Below are positions 15,496-28,245 of a stretch of DNA of 64,000 nucleotides, in pieces. Position numbers and translations under genes: made by a program. A model generated the notes under the pieces. It searched no databases. It was given only the letters and a program-made list of their open reading frames with translations, and was not told where the DNA came from. The number at the start of each line of letters is the position of its first letter. Position 1 is the stretch's first letter. This DNA comes from the human T2T-CHM13v2.0 reference genome, Homo sapiens. The stretch lies in NCBI RefSeq assembly GCF_009914755.1, contig NC_060930.1; one strand, given 5' to 3'.

Positions 15496-16002
15496 CCAGA
15501 CAGCATATTTAAACAGATGACACAAACGCTGGATGAACATGGTGAGCAAGGAACACATGGTGAAGGAAACGTGTGAGGCTTTCCCTCCGGTCAGCAGAAA
15601 ATCCACCCCTCGGGGCTGGGTTTCCAGCATGGCAACCACTGGCTAGATCTGAGTGGGGCAACTGGCCCCAGATGAGGTTCCTACACAGTTTATATACAGT
15701 TTGTCACCTTCCTCCACGTCCAATGTCACCAGCCAGCCGCACTTTACTCCTTTGAGTTCCTGGATTTAAGAGGTGGGAAAAAGGATTTCTTGGCCTCGTC
15801 CATGGATAAAAGCAAGGTATTTTATCGTATAATCTCTCATTTCCTATCTTATCAATAAAATAAAGGTAGGGGTGGGAGAGATAGAAAGGAGAAAAAGGGA
15901 GAGGAGAGAGAAATAGATACCATATTAATGTGTCATTTATCACGAAACTGGACTTCACTTTGGACTTCACCACCACAGTAGAAGAAAAGACTTAGAACGC
16001 AG

Positions 16003-16412
16003 ACTGGATTCATTTCCTGGGGCTGCCAAAGGACCACAGACTGGGGAACTGAAGTAACAGAAATTGATTGTCTGAGTTCTGGATTCCAGGAACCTCAGAT
16101 CGGGGTGTTAGCAGGGTTGGTTCCTTCTGAGCATGTGAGGGAGGATCTGTGTCACAGCTCTCTCCCAGCGGCTGGGAGCCAGGTGTTCCTTGGCTTGCAG
16201 GGGATATTGTCCTCGTATCTTCACATCGTCTTCCTCTCTGCATGTCTTTCTCTGTGTCCACATTTTATAAAGACGCAGTCTTGTGGGATTAGGGCATACC
16301 CTAATGGCCTCATCTTAACTTGATCATCTATGAAGACTCTATTTCCAAACAAGTTCACATTCACAAGCACTGGGCTTTCAACATCTTGGAAGGACATAAT
16401 TCAGGTGTGACA
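16003..16412 (-). mobile_element. MLT1 (B/C-like) MaLR LTR
   Basis: tttcctggggctgcc...cagaaattgattgtct...gcagggttggttccttctgag...ggattagggcataccctaatggcctcatcttaacttg...ggacataattca. Confidence 0.75.
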
Positions 16413-17849
16413 CCAAGCGTCCAGCTCTTTCCTCTCAGTTCCTTTCCACGAATGACTGCAATATTTGGGATGAGGGTTGACTATGCTCTGCTCAGGTCCT
16501 GTAAGGCACAGCCTGAAACACCTTCCTTGTCACCCCTGGTCTCAGGGCCTCTGCCACACCCAGCCTGGAAGATGCAGTCAATCCATCCATCAATCAATAA
16601 AAGGTGCTGATGAATTTCAGCACATTTGATTTCACAATGGGCTCACTTTATATTTTCCTTTTCTACTCATTCCATAAGCTGTTCCTTATTTTGTCCTTTT
16701 TTGGTGTTTGGGTTTTATTTTGTATTTTTTCCAGTTTATAACATACATGATCATTGTGTAAAATATAAGACATCCAGATAATAAGACAATTTTCTAAAAT
16801 CATCTCTAATTCCTAAAAATAGCACTTTGACAACTTTACTTCCAGTCTATATTTATAAAATTGGTATTAGAATGTACCAAGAGTTTTGTATTGTGCTATT
16901 TTTACTTAATAATATTTAGGGTATAACGTGGTTCAAGGAAATAATGACCCAGCTGGGCATCTTTCTATAAAAGATTACGCATGAACAGATTTTTTTTTTT
17001 TTCAAATTCCAATTAACAGTTTCTCAAGGCACATTTTGAACAATGGTTCAGGTCAAGACAAAAATAAATCTTGAAGTAAACCGATGGTCACAATTATTGA
17101 AATTTCTGAGGGATGGATACTTGGAGCCCATCTAGTGAGAGGGTCAATGGCTGCAAGTTGCTGCTAGGCGCTACTGTATGCCTGCCTGCTCTCCTGCAGG
17201 TGTCTGTGGATGCTTCCTCTGGCCTCATTCATTTGCACGGTGGCCTCACGACACAGCAAGGCCATGATGACATTTGATAGGTCCATCTCCTTCGGGTGCC
17301 TGGCTGCCTGAATAAACCCATTTAGCCACTTGGTGATGCCAGCATATGCTCCTGCCACCTACTGAACCACCTCTCCTCTTGCCAACATCTCACAATTCCC
17401 CTCATTCCTCAGCACCTGGCTTGTGATGCTGCTTCACGGGGACGTCGCTGCGCCCTGCACAGGATGGCTGGGCTGTCCCCTTCCCTGCACTCCCTGTGTA
17501 CCTCCAGTCTAATCATCAACTCACTGCTCTACCATGCTGGGTCTATGAGCCTTCTCCACTAGACTGGGTCCCTACCAAGGACAGCAGCTGCACCCCTCTC
17601 ATCTCTGTTCTCCAGGTGCTGACCCCAGTGCCTGGCCCCCTGGACTGAGCTTGGGTGCACGTTTGTTAAAGAATGCCTGCTGGGCGGCGACAGGCATTCT
17701 GCAGCGAATTAGCATGCACAGGTTTGATCCTAGCAGATGTTTGCTTAACATCATCCTTGGGTGTTAAAATAAAAACTTGCATAGCATTTGACATTTGCTT
17801 ATTTCAAAGTGTGGTGGAAAAGGGGATTTTGGAATCTCAGCTCTCCTCC

Positions 17850-18010
17850 TCTCTGTTCGGCCTTAGGCAAGTCATCCAACCTCTCGCCTCATTTAACAGG
17901 TGAATTGCCTGTTCACATAGTGGTGTTATTAAATGAGGTAATGGCTAGGAAAGGTTTAGCACAATGCTTAATACATAATCAACACGTGACAAATGTAGCG
18001 AGTGTAATGA
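17850..18010 (+). mobile_element. MIR fragment (a second one lies at about 18230-18335)
   Basis: ccttaggcaagtca...ttaaatgaggtaat...aaaggtttagcacaatgct; tgtgtgaccctgggcaagtcacttaaactctctgtgcct. Confidence 0.6.
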
Positions 18011-18746
18011 CTGCAGCTGAAAATAGCTGTCCATTAATGAGTATGCTTCTCTTTTTATTCCATAGCCCCGTGGAGTGGCACCTCAGAGGCCACAGGTTTG
18101 AGAACACATCACTTACTACACTGACCAGTTGGACACATGGCCTCACCTCCAGAGCTTGGCTCCTCAAATGCAGGGCAGGGCTGGGTTGTGCCAAAGTGAA
18201 AGGCTCTCCACTCAAAGACCTCCTGGCCCCAATCTCTGCTCCATCACTTCCTGTGTGACCCTGGGCAAGTCACTTAAACTCTCTGTGCCTAACTACTCAA
18301 AACAGTTCCTGGAACAGTAAGTGCTCAGTAAATACTAGCTGGCTAAAAGTTCATAGAATAAAAAGGCAGAATCAGGAAGTGTTGTTCCTCTTAGCCTGCA
18401 CGGATCGTGATTCTTTTATTTTTCTCCCGTCTATCATTCCAGTATCATGTAAATTCAGATACTTAAATTCTTTAACTTGATAAAGAATTTTAAGTGAGAT
18501 CTAAATTAAAGCAATTTCTGGATTGCTTCTGCTACATTCCATTTGGCATGCTGACTTGCTAACCTGATATGGTCTTTTGTTGTTGCTTGTTTGTTTGTTT
18601 GTTGTCCTATACATAAAGCTTTACTAAGAGAGGAGAAAACAGAACAAGGTCCATTTGTGCCCAAACATGGGATGGATGGATGGTTCTGTCCTGTTAATGC
18701 TGATTAGTATAACATGTGGCAAGTAGAACCGTTTTGTAAGAGATTA

Positions 18747-19254
<508 letters not shown>

Positions 19255-19392
19255 TTACTCATTTCATTGGTCCAGTTATAGATTCTGTTAGATATGAGTT
19301 CTAAATTTCTTTTCAAAGAATCAATATGTCAGTATGTTCAATTCTTTGCCTTCTACTTTTAATCTTAACTTCCTCGTAAAGCAACCTGTTTC

Positions 19393-19619
19393 GATTACCT
19401 GCTCCACCCTGACTCATTCCAATTACGTGCTTCACCCTGACTCCTTCCAACTACCTGCTCCACCCTGACTCATTCCGATTACCTGCTTCACCCTGACTCA
19501 TTCGGATTATTACCTGCTCTACCCAGACTCATTCGGATTACCTGCTCCACCCTGACTCCTTCCGATGACCTGCTCCACCCTGACTCATTCCAATTACCTA
19601 CTCTACCCTGACTCATTCT
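19393..19619 (+). repeat. 28-bp VNTR, 8 units (GATTACCTGCTCCACCCTGACTCATTCC)
   Basis: Units start at 19393, 19421, 19449, 19477, 19505 (31 bp), 19536, 19564 and 19592. Confidence 0.95.
19410..19615. promoter_or_regulatory. Clustered AP-1 motifs; candidate enhancer
   Basis: Perfect TGACTCA at 19410, 19466, 19494, 19581 and 19609; one-mismatch copies in the other three units. Activity is inferred, not shown. Confidence 0.65.
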
Positions 19620-22600
19620 GATTCCGTCCCCTGTCATAACCATTTTTCCCGCCAAACCACTCACCCCGTCACTCTCTTTAAATTAGCCAATCAGAATTAG
19701 TTTAACCTGTGCAGTCTAACCCTAGCCAATAGGGGAAGGACACAGCAGCAGGGGCCATGGGCTTCAGGGATAAGAACCCCTTCCCCTCTCTTGTCCAAGT
19801 GTGCACTCACCATTGCTCCATCTGTAAGGGTGCACCCTTCTATAGAAGTAACTTGCCTTGCTGAGAATTAAAAAGAAAATTTTATATTCGAGTGCTATTT
19901 CTTTTGCAGCACCGAAACTTTATTTATAACAATTCCCTGTCACTTCCTGAGGTCTCCCAGGAGATACACCCCTTAGAACTAGAAAAGAAAAGAAGGAAGG
20001 TTGCTTTTCGTCAGTTTCTGGAAGCAACCCCGCTAGCCCATCACTGGTGGAAGCAGAGGGATCTCGTGATGTGGAGCCGTCAGGGTGTGTGACTCCAGGT
20101 GAAGTCAGGCAGTGTTTGCTTGTTTCAGCTGTGCAGCGTGGACACACTTCAGAAGTAAAAGGTACCCGCAGGTGACAGAGGAAAAAGAGGAAAAGGTTGT
20201 CCCAACAGATAAACTCGTGGGCCGCTTGCTCAGTCCAGGAGGCAGGGCTTTGCCTTTGGGTTAGAATCTTAGAGCCACAGGCAGAAGGAGGCCTAGGCGG
20301 GTCTGAGAGGCTTTAAATTCCCTTCATCATGGGTCACGGGTCTTTTAAATTCCTTTCCATCCGACTTGACTCGCCAAAGCCACTGTTGTTCAGCTACTCT
20401 GAAGGGAGAGATGATCAGTTTTAGGATCATGTCCACCTACAGCCGGTTACTGAACCCTCTTCTGGGAAGGCGATCACCATCTGGGAACTGATAAGGATGA
20501 CTCTTTGGACCTTCAAAGAGGGGACCCAAATTTGAGGCTGTGTCCTCCCAGCAGAGGTAGCCAGTAGGTCCTGCCCAACTCCACATTTTGACAGGCTCAA
20601 AGGCAGTGATATGAAGGGTTAGGACAGGGGCCACTCAGGGACACTCCCTTTCTGACATCTTGGAGCTGAGTAACTACCTATCAGGACAAGTGAAGGAGTC
20701 AAAACCTGTTTGGAACTCAAAGAGTGAAAACTCCTGCTTAGATTGAATTGAAATGAGAAAAAGCAGCCCTGTCATTAATCAGGCAGGGAGGAGAAGCATA
20801 GAGGAAGCCGGCTGCAGAGTTAGCAGAACAAACTGCTTCTCTCAAGGTCATGCAGGGGTTGGAAAAGCCACAGCGACACTCTCTTTGGGGGATCAACAGC
20901 TTTCTTATCGAGAACACCACAGACTTCCCTTGTATTTTCATTTGTGGGGTGGGGGGTGGCCCACACCCAGTTGTTGCCTGGTCAAGTTGACAAACATCAG
21001 GAAGCTGCCGCCCTCCATCTTCTCTCACTTCTCAGAGAGTCAGAAAGGCAGCCAGGCAGGGCTGGAGAGCTAGGTTCACTTTGTATAAAATTTTAACACA
21101 TAGAATGAAAGCAGATGATAGCACATTGATGTGGCCAGGATTCCCCACAGAGAGGTTACCATAGAGGAGGCTCCTGAGAGGCCACCTTGCCTTCCCTGTG
21201 CTGCCGGGCAGGAGGGTCTGCAGGCAGAAGGAGTTTCCCCAGCCCAGCAATGACAGCAAAATGAAAGTGCTGGCCCAGCACCCACAGCATCATCCTGAGG
21301 CCATCAGAATGACAGCTGACCTCCCTCGGGGGAGCTCCTAGGCAAAGCAGGGAAGAAGAAGGAAGAAGGAATAGAAGAAGGAAAGATTGTTTTGTTTTAC
21401 AGTTTGAAAATACAATGTGCAAAAAGTACTTTATGCATAAGGAGGGGGAAATTCAAATTCAGGCCTCACCTAGCAGGTCAGCTAGCAGTCACACACCTGG
21501 AGACAGTTTCCAGTGCTGGCAGAAAAGTGAATCAGTCTGCTAGTGTCTGGGATTAGAATGGCATACACAGGAAAGCCCACAAAATCAGCAGGTCGTATAC
21601 CTTTCAGGGTGGAGATTCAGAAACACCGGCCTCTAGTAGGTCTCCTTTTATGACTCATGTGCCAAAGACTGCTCTGTCCCACTAGGTTGTCTTGTTAGGT
21701 TTTCAGACCTACCTGGTGACACCTTGGTCAATAAGCACATGAACAGATTCAAAATTGAGGCACCCTTACCCAGAGGAGGTGCTAAAGCACAAGCCCCCAA
21801 CCCAGATGGAAGACCTGACTGCCTTTTTGCCCCAAGGCTCGGCTGGGTGGAATATCTGCTTCCTCTCGGGAAAGTAGAGTTGAGGACTCCCATTCTCCGT
21901 GGTCGTTAATTTCAGACAGGTTCTAGTAATCACATGACTTGCTCTGCAGTTTCTCCAGCAACTCGGAGCTCCCAACCCTCTTGCACGCACAGCCCTTGCT
22001 GCCGCTGTTCCTGACCTGTTACCAGGCCCTGATCCCATCTTCCAGATAGGAGCAGACCAACTTCTGCCAGGCCTCCTGGCCACTGCCAAATCCCTTCTCG
22101 AGTAGCAAATCTGAAGTGACTTACACATCCTGAAGTATGTTACAAATGTTTATTATTATTCCAGCGAGAAACAGATATCATTTTCACCACTACACGCAGT
22201 AGTGTTGTAAGAGGCAATATAGAGCTCACTCTCCTTTTTTGAGCGTTACACAAATACAGCGGCAAACACTCATCAAGTGTGGGATGCGGTGGGGGTGGTG
22301 AAAAGGAAGTAAACAACTTCCCAAGAGGAAAATAAAAAATTCTAAACCCTTTATTAGAAAACTATTGGAATCTTGGTCAACTCTATTCCATCCCCTTTAC
22401 TTCAAATGTAGCTGAGTGTGTTGAAGTTACCTGTCCAAGTGATGAACCAATGGGAAGAAAGATCAAGACACCCTCGCCACCACCGGTCCCCCTGACTCTT
22501 CCTCCTCCCCTGGACACAAATTCCAATTTCAATCCTAAATTTGATGTGCTTTAAGGAATTTCTAAAGCACTTTCAGACGGAGTATCTCATTCTGCATTTT

Positions 22601-25600
22601 GAAGCAACCATTGTAATTGGCCCTGTTATTTGGACTCAGAGAGTTTCTGTGGCTCGCCAAAGGTGACGCAGCCTGTAGCAGGGGAGGCAGGATGTGTAAT
22701 TTTGCAGGCTGGTGCTCCAAATTCTCACTCCCTTCTTGCCACCATGTGGCCTTCCCCATTCAAGGAAGATGTGTAGCTGTGCATCCAACAGCCGTTTAAA
22801 ACCATAAGCATCACAGTCCAGGAATATTCAGTGGCAGGCTCCAGCTCATAGAGCCTGTTCACAGCAACACTGAATTTGGACGCAGGGCGCCAGGGCTGGG
22901 GGTGTGGGGTGGTGGTGTCCACTGTGTTTCATTTCATTTTACTGGCCCTTTCCAGGACAATTAGGTCACTGGCAATCCTTCCCACCCCCTGCCTTTTTTT
23001 TTTTTTTTAACCCTGACATTAATAGATTCTCCTAATCTTTCTGTTTTGTTTTGAAACCCACAATGTCAGAGAGGTAAAAAAAAAAAAAAAAAGCCAGTCT
23101 TGGCCACCTTTCCCTAGAGATTAAATGGCATATCCTGCTTAGTGGAAAGGCAATGAAATTCTACCCTTCACCCCACTTCTTCCAACTTTCTTCCTTCTTT
23201 TTACCTAACGAAGCCGGCTCCATCCTCCCTTCCTCCTTCAGCATGCCAAGCCAGCCTGACTTGGCCTTTCCTGCCTACAAATCTAGGCAAAAATAAGACA
23301 AAGCAACCCTCTAAAAATCATCCATCGAGATTACATTACTTTCAAGTTGTTATTTATGAGGTTGGTTGCTGCCACTAGAATAAAATTCTCTGCTCAGTGT
23401 CTCGGTGTGTCCTGCTGTTAGCCAAGCTGTCTTTACTGCTTGTTTTGTCTCTATTTGTCTTTTGTATCAGCATGGCCTTTTGCATGAGAGCTTTACCACG
23501 CCAGGGCTGGTAACTGCTTTGAACTTACTTGGTAACACACCAAGCTCTTAACAAATATTTAATGAGAAAAGAGACAAAGCCATAGCTCTGCTAGAGGAAA
23601 GCGAACACAGAGATGGAAGGGCTCCGTGTCTCAAGGAAACATTTTTTTCTGCCGTTTCCTTAGAAAATCAGCTGCAAATCATGAATGCTGATGACTGTCT
23701 AAGCTCAGAGTGACTCATACACCAGAAGACACAATTAAAGCCATGAACAGTTTCTATCTTAACTCAGAGGGAAGCAGAGGAGAGTTACAGCATAGACGCT
23801 GCAGAGTCATCTGCTAGTTAAGCTGCTGAATTCCCCACAAACTGTCTCCTCCTCTGGCTGATCAGTGGCCCAGCAAGGCTTCCTAAACACTCTTTTTACA
23901 TGGCCTTGGTTACTGTGAAATAATTGACAGAGGAAGTCTGTCAATTATTTAGAGCAAGGAAAAGGAACCAGGAAAAGCGAACAGCCCTGCTAACACCTAT
24001 GGGGATACCAGAAACGGAGAATCCTGGCGAGGATTCTCTCAAACCTGGGGATAGTTTGCACTGGCTTATCACCATGAGGTGCCCACGAGCCACCCAGGAT
24101 CATCACCCTCCCTTTCTACTGTATTCTCTTTTTCCAGTAGCCAGGACTCCTCCTCTAGAGGGAGGAATCTTCCCTTCCCGCTTCGGATTGTTTAAAAATG
24201 CTTCCACTATCGCTTGGCCCAAAGCCCTAGGAAGCCTTCCTCCGGGGACATAGGCAAAGGTCATTGCTGGGGTGCATCTGGATGGAGGTGCTTCCTCTGG
24301 GGAAGAAGGCACAGAGCATCACTGGGTATACCTGGATGGAGGTGCTTCTAGGTCCTTCAGTGACATTAGACTACCTACCCTTCATTGCACCCGGCATTGA
24401 GATGCCAGTTGTCTTAGATGGTTAATTCTTGAGTTTCATTTGGAGTTTGTTCTAAATAATTTAATTAATTTGTGATGGATAAAAATCTGCCTTCCTTTCT
24501 GAATTTGTTGCCCATCTTAATTTCCACCAGAAACAAATACACTAATGCATCCTGAGAAAAATATCTCCACAATCCTGCCATAAACTTAGCAAGTCTTTAC
24601 CATCAATCAAAAAAAAAAATAGTACTCTTGTGGACTCCGATTCCAAATCCTGTTTCTTATTTCTTAACTCCAAATGAGAAATCCAATTCGTAACCATCCA
24701 CTTGAAATTTGGGTAGGGGTTATGACAGTAGAAACATACAGGATTTCACATTGCAAACTAACAGATTTTGGAATCTCCATAGGTGTATGCAAGTCACATA
24801 AATGCAGGTTTCAATGAAAAAGCGTAATCAGTATTGCTTTGTTAAATTTAAATTCTGCTTAAATACAGACCAACTGCTAGAGGGTAAAAAGACATTTAAA
24901 ATTATAAACATCTTTTAAATCTCAGTCAACTGTCTCCTTTCCCTTGATTACACAAACTTATCTCTCTTCAAACAGCTACAGTTCCTGTCCAAATCATCTC
25001 CTACTGTCTCTGCCCTGTTTGGACAAGTTTTTCCTTTTTCTATACCACCGTAGAAGGGTACATACTTGGAGACCAATGTTGAGTGAAGTCTATGACAAGG
25101 AAAAGTACATTGTATCATATTGGATTGAATTGGTGGTTGTACCCAACAGGCCAGAGACAAATAGACTAAAGTTGCTGTTTTACAATTATAACTCAATCTT
25201 AGGATCTTATGAACACTTTCAAGACATATTTCTATAAAGCATTGTAATACGAGACATGGAAGCTCTTGCACTCAAACTATATCCAAAATAGTATCAGGCC
25301 TATTTGCAAGTTCTGAGTTGGTGAAAAAAGTCATAAATAAAGATATGTCTATGACTTTTCTTCCTTACAAGTTAGTATTCTGAAGTTTAACAAATAAGAC
25401 TGGATAAGTGGTAATCCATTTGGATAATTATACATAGCTTGAATTGTCTTGATTCAAATTCAAATTTGATCATTTTATTTAAAGGGTATCAAAAATATAT
25501 CAATAATTTTAGACTCTTGGCATAATCTTAGTTGATGTTTTTAATAGACAAATTTTTAAAAAGCACATATTTTGAAATATATTCATACCCACATATATAT

Positions 25601-25809
25601 ATCATTATTAATATCACACTGCGTTCTCTACTTTTAAGAATAGGTATAGGCTTAAGGCTAATCAATATCAATAGCAAAATGCATTTCTGGATGTCCCAAT
25701 ACACTCACTCATCTTTTTAATTGTTGAAACTCAGGCCAGTCAAATTAGTCATGTATGAAATAACCTAGCATAATCAAACATACACGGACACATACACACA
25801 CACAAATGA

Positions 25810-26000
25810 GTGTACTTAAAAGTGGAGAAATAGGAGTAGGGTTGTGGATTGTATCAATGTCAATTTTCTCATTGGAATATGCTATTCCAGTGGTGCAAGA
25901 TGCTACCATAGGGAGAAACTGGCCAAGGAGTGTACAGAATTTCTCAGTATTATTTGTTACAGCTTCATGTGAATCTATTATCTCAAAATAAAAAGCTGAA
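25810..26000 (+). mobile_element. Old L1M 3' end fragment
   Basis: ggattgtatcaatgtcaattttct...gcaagatgctaccatagggagaaactgg...catgtgaatctattatctcaaaataaaaag. Confidence 0.65.
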
Positions 26001-26454
26001 GAAAAAAGGCAAGGAAGAAAACAATATAGTATACTGCCACTTAGTTTTTTAAAAAAAAATACGTATGTATATGTATCTATATAGATATATACACAGAAAG
26101 ACGCACATGCATTTACAAGTATAAGAGCTATATGTATACTATTTCTGTAAGGATAACTAAGAAATCATTAATACTGATTGGTTCTGAGGAGAACTAAAGA
26201 AACTAATGGAATGCGTATTTACTTTTCATAGTATACCTGTCTGTGGCTGTTGAATTTTGAGCTACTGGCATTATTCATTCAAAAAATAATTTTGGGGGAT
26301 TGAGAACAAAATAGCCATTTCAAACCTAAAACAAAAACAAAACAAAAAAACAGCTCGGCACACAACGAAAGCCTAGTGAATCCATATCAAGAGCCATAAT
26401 TCTGATACACACATCCACAATGGAGACGAAAATATAGAATCTTAAGTATCTTAC

Positions 26455-26632
26455 GGCTTGAGATGCAATAGGACAGTCTGCAGTTGATCTTCCGGAAGAG
26501 CTGCTTGTTAATGGGCCAGAGGAGGAGAGTGAAGAGCTGAATGGTGTTGATGATTAGCCCTGAGGCAATAAAGACGTAGCAGAAGACCAGGTGGCACAGG
26601 AACTGAGACTTCAGCAGTCCCGCGAGGTCCAT
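26455..26632 (-). CDS. AGPAT4: First coding exon (CDS part, 178 nt = 59 codons + 1 nt) of 1-acyl-sn-glycerol-3-phosphate acyltransferase delta; downstream exons lie outside the window
   Basis: Translation MDLAGLLKSQFLCHLVFCYVFIASGLIINTIQLFTLLLWPINKQLFRKINCRLSYCISS matches the N-terminus of human AGPAT4 as recalled. Kozak gcatcATGg (A at -3, G at +4); in-frame TAA six codons upstream; donor AGCC|GTAAGA with GT at 26454-26453. Confidence 0.96.
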
Positions 26633-26721
26633 GATGCGTGGACGCTCTTATTCAGAAATAAATAACTACCCACAGTCAAAGATTTCCAGAAGGAAGAAAG
26701 ATCCAGGACTCAGGAAGGCGT
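26633..26721 (-). other. AGPAT4: 5' UTR part (89 nt) of the AGPAT4 first coding exon
   Basis: Acceptor ttcctatttgtttgtgttttAG|ACGCC, with AG at 26723-26722 after a pyrimidine tract; no upstream ATG in the 89 nt. Confidence 0.88.
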
Positions 26722-26854
26722 CTAAAACACAAACAAATAGGAAATGTTAGCAAAAACACGATGTGCTTTTAGAGTCAGAAAAAAAGTGCTCTGAAAAGAA
26801 AAATATACACTTGAGGTTAAACTCATGTGCGTTAGTTGATTTATCTTTATTTTG

Positions 26855-27030
26855 CAAACATTGATGTAGTGCTTACTTCCTGTCGAGCATAGTCTAAGCC
26901 CTTTAACAATAATCCTTCCTTTAATTCTCCCAATATCCTCTGAGGTTGGTACTTTGATTTCAGATGAGGAAACTGAGTCCTGGAAGGTGGAGCCACTCGG
27001 CCAGGGTTCACCGCTCCCCAGCTGGGCAGC
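26855..27030 (-). mobile_element. MIR
   Basis: MIR core tttcagatgaggaaactgag. Confidence 0.65.
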
Positions 27031-27479
27031 AGCTGAGCCAGCCACGGAGCCCTGGGTCCCACTTGAGTGACGGCTGCCCACAGGACAGGCCGCAAATCCG
27101 GCCTCCCCTCCTGCTGCCATCGCGGCCTGAGCCCCATTCTCTCACCCCTAGCCCCACGCCATCTCCCTCCTCTCATTCTCCTCCTCCAGATCCCTGCTCA
27201 CCCCTCGCTTCCAGCAGGACTGCCCTAAAGTCAAGCCTGCCCTGGACAAGGACGAGGACATACCCAGAGTGGGTGCCACCCCTCAAGCAACCGGGACTAG
27301 GGAAGCATTTACTTGAAAACCACCACTGTTTCTCCAGCACATGAGAGCCATCACTGGCACAGGGTGGGAACTTAATTTTAAAAAATATTTGTAGAATGAT
27401 TTAGTGAAGGTACACGAGGGCTCAACTTTGAGGCTATCAGTAAATACAAATAACTAGGAAGGTAAGAAAACTACCCCCA

Positions 27480-27560
27480 CCACACCCTGGTCACACACAC
27501 ACAGACACATAGACACACACACAAACACCACACACACACACACACACAGATACACACATC
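27480..27560 (+). repeat. Imperfect (CA)n
   Basis: Interrupted CA runs. Confidence 0.85.
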
Positions 27561-27886
27561 CTTAAGTGTTCTCAAATCAGAAAGAAACTCAACACATACA
27601 TACAGTTAGACTCACAGTCCTGTAATCAGTCTCCAGCTCAAAACAGAATAATGAAATGACTTTACAGTTTGGGAAATAAAAGCTTTCCTTTGAGGAAAAT
27701 GGCAGGAGTTTCAAATACTCTGATGAAAAGGAAAGCTGTGAGCAGCGGACTCGCTTTTCCTGGAAGCAGAAGAGCCTGGCAGACTACCCCAGGAAGACGT
27801 CTAATGTTACGACAAACTTTCTAACAATAATAGTTGAGAGGCCCTAAAATTGTTACAATCTTTTTTAATAATGAACAATCTGTATA

Positions 27887-28245
27887 CAGATGGTCCTCGA
27901 CTTATGATTCCACTGAAAATTTCCAGCTTTACGATGGTGTAAAAGCAATATCCATTCAGAGAAATTTTAATTCGAGGCCATACAACTCTTCTGTTTTTCA
28001 CTTTCAGTACAGTATTCAATAAATTACAAGGCCTATTCAGCACTTTGTTATAAAATAGGCCTTGTGTAAGATGATTTGGCCTAACTGTAGGCTAACGTAA
28101 ATGTGCTGAACATGTTTAAGGCAGGCGAGGCTAAACGATGATGTTTGGTAGGTGAGGTGCATGCAATGCCTTTTTGACCTACAGTATTTTCAATTCGCAA
28201 TGGGTTTATCGGGATGTAATCCCATCATAAATTGAGGGGCATCTG
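27887..28245 (-). mobile_element. MER47A (Tigger-family MITE), full length; a MIR follows at about 28250-28420
   Basis: TIRs CAGATGGTCCTCGACTTATGAT ... ATCATAAATTGAGGGGCATCTG, flanked by TA at 27885-27886 and 28246-28247. Confidence 0.85.

Larger units (their letters stand above)
19286..19931 (+). mobile_element. LTR10 (LTR10F/A-type, HERV-I group) solo LTR with internal VNTR
   Basis: TGTTAGATATGAGTTCTAAATTTC...TAACA terminal inverted ends; 4-bp TSD ATTC at 19282-19285 and 19932-19935; CCAAT boxes at 19687 and 19726; ATTAAA at 19867. Confidence 0.9.

Noticed and set aside
24278-24348. 17-bp direct repeat ctggatggaggtgcttc, 54 bp apart
   Set aside because: Looks like a decayed two-copy local duplication with no sign of function.
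26387-26454. C-terminal 22 aa of the 81-aa ORF (RKILKILYFRLHCG...)
   Set aside because: Read-through past the GTAAGA donor into the intron; not AGPAT4 protein.
27040-27300. GC-rich patch just upstream of the coding exon as a possible promoter or CpG island
   Set aside because: Short, modest CpG density and partly MIR-adjacent; the exon has a good splice acceptor, so it is an internal exon.
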